64,000 bases of DNA from Anaerolineae bacterium (GCA_027021705.1 JALUTT010000010.1:1-64000), one strand, 5' to 3'. Shown: positions 26,673 to 41,278, counted from the first letter of the stretch. The notes: generated by a model not told the origin, from the sequence alone. Numbers and translations: made by a program.

Positions 26673-27236
26673 ATGCGCAGGCTTCTCGTGGCCTTGAGGA
26701 GTCCCAACCTGTGGGTGCCGGTGTTGCTGCTCATCACCAACGGCATCGCCTGGCTCAGCGCCTTGGCGTCGGGCGAGCCTTACGTCGTCGAGCCCCGTCT
26801 GGAGCCGAGCCTGGCCGACCTGCGGGCTAGGCTTGACGAGGGAGGCCATTCGGGCGAGCCCTTCACCCTCGTGGTCACGGACCAGGAGGCGGCGGAGACC
26901 ATCGCCTGGTATCTGGCGCGTCACCCGCGTATTCCCTTCGCCCGTCCGCGCGTCGCTTTTCACCCTGATGTCGTCGAGGCGTGGGGTGAGGCCCACGTGG
27001 CCGGGCTGCGGGTAGGGCTCCACGGACGGGCGCGGATCGTGTTGCAGGATGGGGTGCCGGTCGTCACCGTCGAGGAGTTGGGCATGGCCGGCCTGAGCGT
27101 GCCGGGCTTCGTTCGGCAGCGCATCCAGCAGGAGGTGGATGTCCAGCTCGACCTGAGCGACCGGCGGCTGCCGGTGATCATCACCCGTTTTGAGTTGGAG
27201 GAGGGGCAGGCGGTGATCGAGGGGACGATCCGTTGA
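26673..27236 (+). CDS. Hypothetical membrane-anchored protein
   Basis: N-terminal TM, beta-rich C-terminus; GGAGG RBS. Confidence 0.75.
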   Translation: MRRLLVALRSPNLWVPVLLLITNGIAWLSALASGEPYVVEPRLEPSLADLRARLDEGGHSGEPFTLVVTDQEAAETIAWYLARHPRIPFARPRVAFHPDVVEAWGEAHVAGLRVGLHGRARIVLQDGVPVVTVEELGMAGLSVPGFVRQRIQQEVDVQLDLSDRRLPVIITRFELEEGQAVIEGTIR

Positions 27237-27334
27237 GAGGGCTGGAGGGCCTGTCCGATGGCGTGGGGGCTGGTAGGGGGCGACTGGTCGGTTCTGTGAT
27301 TGGAGGAATTTGCCGGAAACGGGGCGTTATCCTC

Positions 27335-27363
27335 TTGACAAGTGAGGGGTGGTTTGGTATAAT
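27335..27363 (+). promoter_or_regulatory. rrn promoter P1
   Basis: TTGACA-17 bp-TATAAT. Confidence 0.85.
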
Positions 27364-27530
27364 AGGAGCGCACTGAGTTGAGGGACCGACGATCTCGCCC
27401 ACGGACAGGTGGGAAGATCTGACAAGCGAAAGGAGTGAAGGGCAGCACGGAATCTAGGAGACAACGCATGAGGACGCGGAGGTGCTGCCTGCCGATGTGA
27501 GAACATCGGCCTTTTTGTCCCTTGACAGTC

Positions 27531-27559
27531 TTGACAGTTTGGGGTGGGTGTGCTATAAT
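27531..27559 (+). promoter_or_regulatory. rrn promoter P2
   Basis: TTGACA-17 bp-TATAAT followed by GC-rich discriminator. Confidence 0.85.
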
Positions 27560-27665
27560 CCCGCCCGCTCTGGGGGGACCTTAACAACTGAAGAGTGGTA
27601 AGAAGGTGGAACGGACTTGGGCTCACGTCAAGAAATGACCACGGCATAGACCGTGGACAGAATCT

Positions 27666-29213
<1,548 letters not shown>

Positions 29214-29312
29214 TAGGGAGCTACAGCCAGCCCCTGTGAAGGGGCGGCTAGCAGCGGATCACCCAAGTTCGGACCCCTTCTTGCCACTTCTCAGTTGTTA
29301 AGGCGACAAGAT

Positions 29313-29386
29313 GGGCCTTTAGCTCAGCAGGTTAGAGCACTCCTCTGATAAGGGAGAGGTCCCTGGTTCGAGTCCAGGAAGGCCCA
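29313..29386 (+). tRNA. tRNA-Ile(GAT)
   Basis: Cloverleaf, anticodon loop CTGATAA, GGTTCGAGTCC; CCA not encoded. Confidence 0.97.
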
Positions 29387-29422
29387 CTCGGACTCCCGAC
29401 ATTGATAATTCCATAGATAGTT

Positions 29423-29495
29423 GGGGATGTAGCTCAGATGGGAGAGCGCCTCCCTTGCACGGAGGAGGTCAGGGGTTCGAGTCCCCTCATCTCCA
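29423..29495 (+). tRNA. tRNA-Ala(TGC)
   Basis: Cloverleaf, anticodon loop TTGCAC, G3:U70; CCA not encoded. Confidence 0.97.
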
Positions 29496-29511
29496 CTGGT
29501 TTCGGAGGCGC

Positions 29512-29540
29512 TTGACAGAGCGGCAGAAATCACGTATACT
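29512..29540 (+). promoter_or_regulatory. Internal sigma70 promoter upstream of 23S
   Basis: TTGACA-17 bp-TATACT. Confidence 0.7.
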
Positions 29541-29776
29541 CTATGGCGGTCAACAACCGGATAGCAGGAACGGGATAGCGAGGGGAAAGGCCATATCCAA
29601 CGGTCGTTAAACGGCCTGGATATGCCAGGCCGTTTTGTGTGGGAAGGGTTGAGCGTTGGCGATTGGGGTCCACAGCGGTGGACGACAATGGTCAGCGGTC
29701 AACCCGCTGAGGAGCCACCTGGCACCTTAACAACTGAACAGAATGCGCGGTCTTCAATTTCTCCGGTTTTTACGTG

Positions 29777-32824
<3,048 letters not shown>

Positions 32825-32921
32825 CACTCACAGACCGGGGAAAGCGAGACCAAGCATTCTGTTCAGTTCTTAAGGTGTCAGGGCTCTCGACACGTTGGTT
32901 CAACCGTAAACTCAAAAAGAG

Positions 32922-33043
<122 letters not shown>

Positions 33044-33063
33044 CTCTTTTAGTCTTCGCTGCA

Positions 33064-33098
33064 AAGAGGCCGGGCCGCTACAGGCCCGGCCTCTTGTT
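33064..33098. terminator. rrn / histidine kinase bidirectional terminator
   Basis: AAGAGGCCGGGC / GCCCGGCCTCTT. Confidence 0.75.
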
Positions 33099-33128
33099 GC
33101 TTGATGGCCCTTTTCTCGCCAGAACGGC

Positions 33129-36038
33129 TCAACTTCCTCCTCCTTTGGTTGAGGGCTCATCAAGCCAGATAGGCAAGGTGAAGCTGAAGGTGCTGCCCTT
33201 CCCCACAGCGCTCTCCAGCCACACTTCCCCGCCATGCATCTCCACCAGCGACTTGACGATGGGCAAGCCAAGCCCTGTGCCGATCTGGCGGGTGACCAGC
33301 GGGTGATCCACTCGGTAGAACCGTTCCCAGATCTTCTCCTGTTCCTCGGGAGGAATGCCGATCCCCGTATCGGCGACATCCACCTGCAGGTAATCGCCCA
33401 CCGACTGGACCTGGATCGTCACGGTTCCGCCTTCAGGAGTATAGTTGATGGCGTTGCCCACCAGGTTGGTCAGCACCTGCTCGATCCGCTTGGGGTCCCC
33501 TCGGGCCAGGGGCAGGTCCGCCGGTACGTGGGCCGAGAGGGAGATCCGTTTGGCCTCGGCGCGCTCCCGAAAAGCGTTGACGACCTGGGCGATGATGCCC
33601 CCGATGGCGAAGGGGCCAATGTCCAGCTTCAGCCTGCCCGTTTCCATCCGGGAGATGTCTAGGAGGTCGTTGACCAGAAGGCTCAAGCGGTCGGCGTTGG
33701 ACTTGATGATCCGCAGAAATTCCCGTTGTTGATCGGTCAAGGGACCAGCCGTCCCCAGCATCAGCAGGTCCGTATACCCTTTGATGGAGGTCATCGGCAG
33801 GCGAAGTTCGTGGGAGACGGTGGAGACGAACTCGCTCTTGGCGCGGTTCAGCTCCACTTCCTTCGTAATGTCGTGGAAGATGGCCACTACGCCCAGGAAG
33901 CGGGGTCCCATATAGACCGGCGAGAGGCGGATGCTGAGGGTGCGCTCCCCCACGACAGCCCTCTGTTCCATACAATCCATCTCGGCATCGGTCTGGACAT
34001 ACGCCCAGCGTCGGAAGGCGGTGTCCCATGCAGCCTCGTCGAGGCCCAGTTGGTGGGTGATCGCCCGGAGGGTGTGGCCCAGGACATTCTCGCGGGGCTG
34101 GCCCAAAAGCCGTTCGGCAGCGGCGTTGAAGAGGATGATGCGTCCCTCTCCGTCGGTCACCAGGACACCGTCGGCCACGCTTTCCAAGATCGCCTGTCGC
34201 TTGGAGGCTTCCACCTCCAGGGCGTGGACGGCCTGGGCCAGCTCTGCGGTCCGGGCGTCCACTTTGCGCTCCAGGTTGCGCCGTTCGATGCGCAGCTCTT
34301 CGTAGAGACGGGCATTCTCGATGACGATGGCGGCCTGCTGAGCCAGGGTCTGGCCCAGTTTCATCTCCCACTCGCTGAAAACACGCTGCGGACGGTAAGC
34401 TCCCAGTTCGATGAGGCCAATGGCCTCGTCGCGGGCAACGAGGGGGAGGATCAGGTAAGTCTGCATCGTGTCCGGCCTCAGTGCGGTCGGTGGATGGTCT
34501 GGGATGGGAAGGGTGACGGCGACGGGGGTGCGGCCTTCCAGGGCCTGGCGGAAGTCAGGGCGCTCGTCCAGGTGGTAGACGGTTCCCAGAGGGCCAGGAG
34601 TCCAGGGGGCATCCGGCAGATGGTGGTCAAGCCAAGAGATGACCTGGTTCCGGTCCTGATCCCAACTGGAGACCCGGCATCCGGCGACGTTCAGGATGCG
34701 CACCATCTGATCCGCAATGAGGGCCAGGGCTCCTCGGACATCGAGGATGGAGGCGATGATGGCTTGGATGCGCAGAAGGGCTGTCAGCTCTTCTGTGCGT
34801 CGGACTTCCTGCTGGTAGAGGTGGGCATTGGCGATGGCGGTCGCGGCTTGGTTGACCAGCGCCTGGGCCAGGTCCATCTCCTGCTCGCTGAAGGTGCGGT
34901 GGGGATCCGCCGTGTAGAGCTCGACCAGTCCCACCGTGTCGTCGCGGGAGACCAGGGGGAGTAGGAGGGCGGCGCTCATCAAGCCGGTGCGGAGTAGGGG
35001 AACCTGACTGGCCTCTTCTGGGGAGTCCCCCATCGCGACGGTCATCGCCTGGCGATCTTGGAGAACCTGCGCCGCCAGGGGGAAATCGCTGAGGTTCTGG
35101 ACGGACCCAGGCGGAGGGAGCAGGGGGACCTTGTCTGGAGAAGAGCGCACCAGGTGGATGACCAGCGTCTGATCCTCTGACTCCCATTGGGAGATGATGC
35201 ATCCGTCGGCTTGAAAGGCGCTTATCAGGCGGGTAGCGATGATGTCGCGGATTTCGTCGGGATCGAGGCTGTTGGAGACGGCTGCCCCGGCTTCGAAGAG
35301 GATGTTGAGTTCGTCCAAGCGGTCTAGAGCCTGGGCGTACTGGTGGGCATTGTGGATGGCGATGGCGATCTGATCGGCCAAGATGTTGAGCCACTCGATC
35401 GCCTCACGCCTGTACTGGTTGCCCTCTTGGGGGGGGCCCAGGAGCAGGAGGCCAACGAGGCGATCCTCCAGGATGAGGGGCACGACCCAGGTGATGTCCA
35501 GGGTGCACCACTTGCGCCAGAGGGGGGAGGCGGGGAGTTTCTCCTCCACGAGGGATAGGGCACGGCGGTGCTGGAGGATGCGATAGAGGAGGCCGTCGTT
35601 GGAAGGAACCGGCCCAATCTCTGGCGGGGTGGGACCACTCTGGCGGACGACTTCCAGGGGGCGGTCGGGATAGAGGGTAATCAGGAGGGCAGAAAAGTAA
35701 GGAGAGAGGGTCTCATCCAGCAGGGTGACGATCTCGTCCAGCAGGGCGTCTGGATGGTGGTGCCGATGCAGGCGCTGGATGAGGGTGAGTAACTGCTCTT
35801 GAGAGTGGCTGAGGCCGGGGGCAGCCAAGTAGGCAAGCTGCTGGCGGACGAAGAGGAAGAGGGGAACGGCCAGCAGGAGGGTGATCAAGATCGCGGTTAG
35901 GAGAGCCCAACCGGTGGAGATCTCAATCTGCTGGAGCAGAACGACGATGGCGTAGGAGACGAGCACCAGCAGCAGCGCCAAGAGGCTGTATATCAGGGTG
36001 GTCAGCGCGAACCGGCTGACCTGGGCTGGTTTACGCAT
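33129..36038 (-). CDS. Sensor histidine kinase (2 TM, three GAF, PAS, HisKA, HATPase)
   Basis: VSHELRLP, NLVGNAINY, DTGIGI, GTGLGL; three QAA.AI.NA.LY GAF ends. Confidence 0.95.
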   Translation of the reverse strand: MRKPAQVSRFALTTLIYSLLALLLVLVSYAIVVLLQQIEISTGWALLTAILITLLLAVPLFLFVRQQLAYLAAPGLSHSQEQLLTLIQRLHRHHHPDALLDEIVTLLDETLSPYFSALLITLYPDRPLEVVRQSGPTPPEIGPVPSNDGLLYRILQHRRALSLVEEKLPASPLWRKWCTLDITWVVPLILEDRLVGLLLLGPPQEGNQYRREAIEWLNILADQIAIAIHNAHQYAQALDRLDELNILFEAGAAVSNSLDPDEIRDIIATRLISAFQADGCIISQWESEDQTLVIHLVRSSPDKVPLLPPPGSVQNLSDFPLAAQVLQDRQAMTVAMGDSPEEASQVPLLRTGLMSAALLLPLVSRDDTVGLVELYTADPHRTFSEQEMDLAQALVNQAATAIANAHLYQQEVRRTEELTALLRIQAIIASILDVRGALALIADQMVRILNVAGCRVSSWDQDRNQVISWLDHHLPDAPWTPGPLGTVYHLDERPDFRQALEGRTPVAVTLPIPDHPPTALRPDTMQTYLILPLVARDEAIGLIELGAYRPQRVFSEWEMKLGQTLAQQAAIVIENARLYEELRIERRNLERKVDARTAELAQAVHALEVEASKRQAILESVADGVLVTDGEGRIILFNAAAERLLGQPRENVLGHTLRAITHQLGLDEAAWDTAFRRWAYVQTDAEMDCMEQRAVVGERTLSIRLSPVYMGPRFLGVVAIFHDITKEVELNRAKSEFVSTVSHELRLPMTSIKGYTDLLMLGTAGPLTDQQREFLRIIKSNADRLSLLVNDLLDISRMETGRLKLDIGPFAIGGIIAQVVNAFRERAEAKRISLSAHVPADLPLARGDPKRIEQVLTNLVGNAINYTPEGGTVTIQVQSVGDYLQVDVADTGIGIPPEEQEKIWERFYRVDHPLVTRQIGTGLGLPIVKSLVEMHGGEVWLESAVGKGSTFSFTLPIWLDEPSTKGGGS

Positions 36039-36101
36039 GATCGCACCCCACGTTGGGCCCTGGGGCTATGCGGTTCTCGGATGACGACAGTTACAGGCCC
36101 G

Positions 36102-37613
36102 TCACGTCCGTGGTCGCAGGTGGGGGAAGAGGATCACTTCACGGATGGATGCCTTGTCGGTGAAGAGCATCGTGAGCCGGTCAATGCCCATCCCGAATCC
36201 CCCGTTGGGAGGCATCCCGTATCTCATAGCCTGGAGGTAATCCTCGTCCATTGGGTGGGCTTCCTCGTCGCCAGCATCGTAGGCACGTCCCTGTTCAATG
36301 AAGCGCTGTTCCTGATCGAGGGGATCGTTGAGCTCGGTGAAGGCGTTGCAGATCTCCATTCCGCCGATGAAGCCCTCGAACCGCTCGACGTGGGTGGGGT
36401 CGTCCGGCTTCCGCTTGGCGAGGGGCGTGATGTCAACGGGATAGTCCAGGACGAAGGTGGGCTGGATGAGGTTGGGTTCTACGTAGTGACTGAGCAGGCT
36501 GTCTACCAGTTTGCCCCAACTAGATGAGGGGGAGGGCTCATGCCCCAGGGCTCGCATCGCCTCGGCCAGGGAATCACGGGTGGGATGCTCGGTGTAGTCA
36601 ATCCCGCAGGCGTTGTAGATCGCTTCCCGCAAGGTGAGGCGGGTCCAAGGAGGGGTAAGGTCAATCTCATGACCCTGGTAGGTGAGCCGTCGGCTGCCCA
36701 GGACTTGCTCGGCCGCGTAGACGATCATCTCTTCGGTCAAGGCCATCACGTCGTTGTAATCGGCGTAGGCCACGTAGAACTCCAACTGGGTGAACTCGGG
36801 GTTATGCTTGAAGGAGACACCCTCGTTGCGGAAGTCCCGCCCGATCTCATACACCCGCTCATACATCCCCACCAGCAGTCGCTTCAGGTAGAGCTCAAAG
36901 GAGATGCGCAGGTAGAGGTCTTGATGGAGTTGGTTGTGGTGGGTGATGAAGGGACGGGCGGCTGCTCCCCCATAGACGGGCTGGAGGATGGGGGTTTCTA
37001 CCTCCAGGAACCCCCGCTCATCGAGGAACTGGCGCAGGGCGGCGATCAGGCGGGCCCGCTTGCGGAAGACCTCGCGCACTTCGGGGTTGGTGGCCAGGTC
37101 GGCGTAGCGCTGGCGGTATCGCTCTTCCACGTCGGAGAAGGCGGAATAGCGGATGACCTTCCCATCCACGACCTGTTCCTTGACCACCGGGAGCGGACTA
37201 AGGGCCTTGGCCAGCATGGCGAATCGCTGGACCTGGACGGTGATCTCGCCGGTGCGTGTGCGGAAGAGGCGACCTTGGGCTTCGAGGAAGTCGCCCAGAT
37301 CGAAGTCCCGCTTAAAGTGGTCGTAGCGCTCTTGGCCCAGGTCGTTGAGGCGGAAGAAGAGCTGGATCTTGCCACTGCCATCCTCGATGTGGGCAAAGGT
37401 GATCTTGCCCATCACCCGAACGGAGCGGAGACGTCCTGCGACGATGACCTCGGGACCTTCTTGGCCTTCTGCTTCGGCGTTCAAGAAGGCGGCAATGGCC
37501 TCCGTCGTAGTGTGGGTACGGTGGGAGCGAGGCGGGTAGGGGTCAATCCCCTGGGCACGTATCCGTTCCAGTTTGGCCAGGCGCTGGCGTTCTAGGTCGC
37601 TCAGTGGGCGCAT
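36102..37613 (-). CDS. lysS: Lysyl-tRNA synthetase, class II
   Basis: RYRQRY, GGAAARPF, FRNEG, YGMPP.GG.GMGIDR. Confidence 0.98.
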   Translation of the reverse strand: MRPLSDLERQRLAKLERIRAQGIDPYPPRSHRTHTTTEAIAAFLNAEAEGQEGPEVIVAGRLRSVRVMGKITFAHIEDGSGKIQLFFRLNDLGQERYDHFKRDFDLGDFLEAQGRLFRTRTGEITVQVQRFAMLAKALSPLPVVKEQVVDGKVIRYSAFSDVEERYRQRYADLATNPEVREVFRKRARLIAALRQFLDERGFLEVETPILQPVYGGAAARPFITHHNQLHQDLYLRISFELYLKRLLVGMYERVYEIGRDFRNEGVSFKHNPEFTQLEFYVAYADYNDVMALTEEMIVYAAEQVLGSRRLTYQGHEIDLTPPWTRLTLREAIYNACGIDYTEHPTRDSLAEAMRALGHEPSPSSSWGKLVDSLLSHYVEPNLIQPTFVLDYPVDITPLAKRKPDDPTHVERFEGFIGGMEICNAFTELNDPLDQEQRFIEQGRAYDAGDEEAHPMDEDYLQAMRYGMPPNGGFGMGIDRLTMLFTDKASIREVILFPHLRPRT

Positions 37614-37625
37614 AGGGCTCTCCCA

Positions 37626-38099
37626 TTACTCGATGGCAACGATGCGGAAGGTGAGGACGCCGTCGGGAGCGTTGACCCTCACTTCGTCCCCGACCTTCTT
37701 GCCTATCAAAACCCGTCCCAGAGGGGATTCGTTGGAGATGCGGCCGGCGATGGGATCGGCCTCTGCGGAGCCCACGACGGTGTAGGTCTCCGGCTCATCC
37801 TCCCGGCCAACCTCGACCACGGTCACACGGCTGCCTAGTCCGACCCGGTCTTTAGGACCTTTTTCTTCAACGACCACGGCGTGCTTCAAGATGCTTTCCA
37901 GTTCCAAGATGCGTCCTTCGACGAAGGCCTGTTCGTTGCGAGCATCTTCCAACTCGGCGTTCTCCAGCAGGTCTCCCTCGTCCATTGCGGAATGGAGGCG
38001 TTTGGCGACCTGTTGGCGGCGCACAGTGCGCAGGTACTCCAACTCTTCTTCCAGCTTCTTGTACCCTTCGGGGGTGAGGAAAATGGATTGTTTACTCAT
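37626..38099 (-). CDS. greA: Transcription elongation factor GreA
   Basis: GDLLENAE, ISNESPLG; start MSKQ with AGGAG RBS. Confidence 0.95.
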   Translation of the reverse strand: MSKQSIFLTPEGYKKLEEELEYLRTVRRQQVAKRLHSAMDEGDLLENAELEDARNEQAFVEGRILELESILKHAVVVEEKGPKDRVGLGSRVTVVEVGREDEPETYTVVGSAEADPIAGRISNESPLGRVLIGKKVGDEVRVNAPDGVLTFRIVAIE

Positions 38100-38137
38100 C
38101 GTCTCCTCTGCAGCAGGCTGAGAGGTGTCTGGTGGGC

Positions 38138-38247
38138 TAAAAAAAGCCTGGGGGGTCTCCCCAGACTGAGCGCTTTTTGAAGCAAGGAAGCTCCTGTCGT
38201 CACCCAGGAGCCGACCCAATTATAGCGCAGATTTGGCAGTTTGTAAA
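38138..38247 (-). promoter_or_regulatory. greA promoter and terminator-containing leader
   Basis: TTTACA-17 bp-TATAAT (38247-38219); hairpin GTCTGGGG/CCCCAGGC followed by a T run. Confidence 0.7.
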
Positions 38248-38323
38248 GATGCAGTAGGGAACCAAATTTGAGAGCGGGCAGAATTATACCAGAACATTCG
38301 TTCCTTGACCAGGGAAGTTTTCC

Positions 38324-38424
38324 GGTGATTACCCATATCTTTGGAGATAGGGAGACTAGCCGTCCACGAATGGCGTGGACGGCCTGCTACGGACCACTCT
38401 CTCGCTCCCTTGTGGGTAATCACC
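38324..38424 (+). mobile_element. Family B MITE-like repeat, internally deleted
   Basis: IRs GGTGATTACCCA / TGGGTAATCACC; AAGTTTT on both flanks. Confidence 0.85.
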
Positions 38425-38452
38425 GCAAGTTTTGATCTGGGGGCGCCATTGG

Positions 38453-38481
38453 TTGACGAAAGGGCCGCTCAAGGGTAGAAT
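38453..38481 (+). promoter_or_regulatory. Sigma70 promoter of the DUF62-murA operon
   Basis: TTGACG-17 bp-TAGAAT. Confidence 0.7.
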
Positions 38482-38511
38482 GAGGCCGTGAAGGAGGAGG
38501 CAGGGACCACG

Positions 38512-39378
38512 ATGTCCATCATCACGCTGATCACCGATTTTGGAACGGTGGATGGCTACGTGGGGGCGATGAAAGGGGTGATCCTGAGCCTGGCCCCCCA
38601 TGTCCAGATCGTGGACATCACCCACGAGATCCCCCCGCAGGCCATTCGCCAGGCAGCCTGGGCGCTGGCTACGGCAGCGCGCCATTTCCCCCCTGGAACA
38701 GTGCACGTGGTTGTGGTGGATCCCGGCGTGGGCGGGGAGCGCCGTCCCTTGGCGCTGGAGCGGGATGGGCAGTTCTTCGTCGGGCCGGACAACGGGGTCT
38801 TCACGCCCTTTCTCCCGGCTTCCGCCTGTGTAGCCCTCACGGAGCCGGTCTACCACCACCACCCCGTCTCGGCGACCTTTCACGGTCGGGACATCTTTGC
38901 ACCGGTGGCAGCCCACATCGTTTTAGGGGTTCCTCTCTCCAAGTTTGGTCCTCCGGTTGCCGATCCCGTGCGTCTTCCCCCGCCGCGTCTGGAGGTCCAG
39001 GCGGAGGGACAGATCCTCGGTGAGGTGGTCCACATTGACCGCTTTGGCAATGGGATCACCAGCATCGGTCCTTTGCGATGGCAAGGACACCTTCTGGCTC
39101 TGGGTGGTGAGGCGGCGACGGGATTGGCCCTAGGGGGGGAGAGGGTCGTTGGTGCGTCGGTTCCAAGCCTGACCTTCCACGCCCAGCGGGTGGTTGTGGA
39201 AGTAGGAGGGCGACGGTTGGCCGGCATTCACCGCACCTACAGCGAGGGGATGCCTGGTGAGGCGCTGGCGCTGGTAGGCAGCAGCGGCTACCTGGAGATC
39301 GCTGTTCGGGAGGGGAGCGCAGCCCGAGCCCTGGCCCTTCGGCCGGGGGACCCTGTTATGCTCAAGGTACTGCGATGA
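38512..39378 (+). CDS. SAM hydrolase / halogenase family (DUF62)
   Basis: ITLITDFG, VVVDPGVG, GPDNG, TFHGRDIFAP, IDRFGN. Confidence 0.93.
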   Translation: MSIITLITDFGTVDGYVGAMKGVILSLAPHVQIVDITHEIPPQAIRQAAWALATAARHFPPGTVHVVVVDPGVGGERRPLALERDGQFFVGPDNGVFTPFLPASACVALTEPVYHHHPVSATFHGRDIFAPVAAHIVLGVPLSKFGPPVADPVRLPPPRLEVQAEGQILGEVVHIDRFGNGITSIGPLRWQGHLLALGGEAATGLALGGERVVGASVPSLTFHAQRVVVEVGGRRLAGIHRTYSEGMPGEALALVGSSGYLEIAVREGSAARALALRPGDPVMLKVLR

Positions 39379-39866
39379 ATTTCTGGACCCGTCTCTGGTT
39401 TTGGGGATTGGCTTTGGCGGACCGATGGTTGGGCACCAACCTGTTGGAGCGGGAGCTGTCCCGCCGCCAAGCCGCCCTGGCGGCCATTGAGGCCGAGGTC
39501 GCCGAATTGGAGCAGATGCTGACCCAGGTCAACTTGGAGCTGGATCACCTGGAGCTCGTCGTCTGCCTGGCTTGGCTCTACCAGCGGTCCATCCAGTTCG
39601 GCTCTAATTGGTCCCGTTTCGATCCCCGGCGGGGCGGCGAGGAGGAAGAGGTCCTGGACATGGCCATCCAACGCCTGGTGCGCGCGGGGTTGGCAGCCGT
39701 GCACACCGAGGAGGTGGAGCCCGGTCACTACATTTACACCTTGCGCCCTTACTGGGGGCCGATTCGCCAGGAGATGGAGAGGTGCCCGGGGGCGATGGAT
39801 GAACTGATCGCCTGGGTGGCCCAGCAGGAAGCTGGAGCTTCAGAGACCCGGGCTGAGGGAGGATAA
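39375..39866 (+). CDS. Hypothetical coiled-coil protein
   Basis: ATGA-coupled to the upstream gene; typical codon usage. Confidence 0.75.
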   Translation: MNFWTRLWFWGLALADRWLGTNLLERELSRRQAALAAIEAEVAELEQMLTQVNLELDHLELVVCLAWLYQRSIQFGSNWSRFDPRRGGEEEEVLDMAIQRLVRAGLAAVHTEEVEPGHYIYTLRPYWGPIRQEMERCPGAMDELIAWVAQQEAGASETRAEGG

Positions 39867-39870
39867 CCTT

Positions 39871-41166
39871 ATGGAGAAATTCGTCATCGAAGGGGGGTAT
39901 CCTCTACGCGGCGTCGTGGCCGCCAGCGGGAACAAGAACGCGGCTTTGAAGCTTCTGCCGGCTTGCCTGCTGACGGATGAGCCGGTGGTCCTGCACAACA
40001 TCCCGGACATCGCGGACGTCCGCACGATGCGGGCGATCCTGACCGACCTGGGCGTGGAGATCGAAGACCTGGGTAAGGGGAGTCTGCGCGTCCACGCCCG
40101 GGAGGTGGTCAAGACCCGGGCCGATTCAGAGCTGGTCAACCGCATTCGTGCCTCCATAGTGTTAGCAGGCCCAATGTTGGCCCGGATGGGGTTCCTGGAG
40201 ATGGCCCCACCGGGCGGGGATGTCATTGGCCGACGCCGTGTAGACACCCACGTGCTGGCCCTGCGGGCCCTGGGTGCTCAGGTGGAGATCAACCGGGGAT
40301 TTCGCTTCCGTGCCGACCGATTGCGGGGCACCGAGATCCTGTTAGACGAGGCCAGCGTCACGGCGACGGAGAACGCGATCATGGCCGCCGTCACGGCTCA
40401 GGGAACGACCGTCATCCGCAACGCGGCCTCGGAGCCCCACGTGCAGGACCTGTGTCACTTCCTGAACGGCCTGGGGGCTCAGATCGAGGGGATCGGTTCC
40501 AACGTGCTGACCATCCAGGGGGTTGAGCGGCTGCGGGGAGGGGAGTACACCATCGGAGCCGATTATCTGGAAGTGGCCAGTTTCATCGCAGCGGCGGCTG
40601 TGACCGATGGGGAGATCACCATCAGGAATGCGGATCCTCACCACCTGGGGATGATCCGTCTGGTCTTCGGCAAGCTGGGCGTGCGCTGGGAGGACCGGGG
40701 GAAGGACGTCTTTGTGCCTCGGGGGCAATCCCTGACGGTGGTGCCCGATGTCGGGGATGCGATTCCCGAGATCAAGGATATGCCCTGGCCAGCTTTCCCC
40801 AGCGATCTGATGAGCATCGCGCTGGTTGTAGCCACCCAGGCTGCCGGGACGGTCCTCTTCCACGAGTGGATGTACGAGAACCGGCTCTTCTTCGTGGACA
40901 AGCTGGTCTACATGGGGGCGCGGATCGTGCTCTGCGATCCCCATCGCTGTCTGGTCCAGGGGCCTTCGTGGCTCCATGGGGATCGGATGGAGAGTCCGGA
41001 CATCCGAGCCGGGATGGCTCTGATCATCGCTGCGCTGGCAGCCCGAGGGACCAGTGAGATTCGGAACATTCGCCAGATTGACCGGGGGTACGAGCGGGTG
41101 GACGAGAAACTGCGCTCCCTGGGGGCCCGGATCTGGCGGGTGGTGGACGAGGGGGATCCCCGGTGA
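39871..41166 (+). CDS. murA: UDP-N-acetylglucosamine 1-carboxyvinyltransferase (Asp-type)
   Basis: SGNKNAAL, RAS, PGGDVIGRR, SVTATEN, DIRAG, IDRGYE. Confidence 0.96.
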   Translation: MEKFVIEGGYPLRGVVAASGNKNAALKLLPACLLTDEPVVLHNIPDIADVRTMRAILTDLGVEIEDLGKGSLRVHAREVVKTRADSELVNRIRASIVLAGPMLARMGFLEMAPPGGDVIGRRRVDTHVLALRALGAQVEINRGFRFRADRLRGTEILLDEASVTATENAIMAAVTAQGTTVIRNAASEPHVQDLCHFLNGLGAQIEGIGSNVLTIQGVERLRGGEYTIGADYLEVASFIAAAAVTDGEITIRNADPHHLGMIRLVFGKLGVRWEDRGKDVFVPRGQSLTVVPDVGDAIPEIKDMPWPAFPSDLMSIALVVATQAAGTVLFHEWMYENRLFFVDKLVYMGARIVLCDPHRCLVQGPSWLHGDRMESPDIRAGMALIIAALAARGTSEIRNIRQIDRGYERVDEKLRSLGARIWRVVDEGDPR

Positions 41167-41278
41167 GGGGGGCTGAGCTTCAGGACGTATTGGAGGGTGG
41201 TTCCGCTCAAAGGAGGAGCCCGGCTCTGGCGAGAGAGCCGGGCTCCTGCGTTCCACATTGGGTTCGAGGAACAGTGTC

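Noticed and set aside
38512..39378. Fluorinase or chlorinase
   Set aside because: Retains the TFHGRD motif typical of DUF62 SAM hydrolases; no halometabolite cluster
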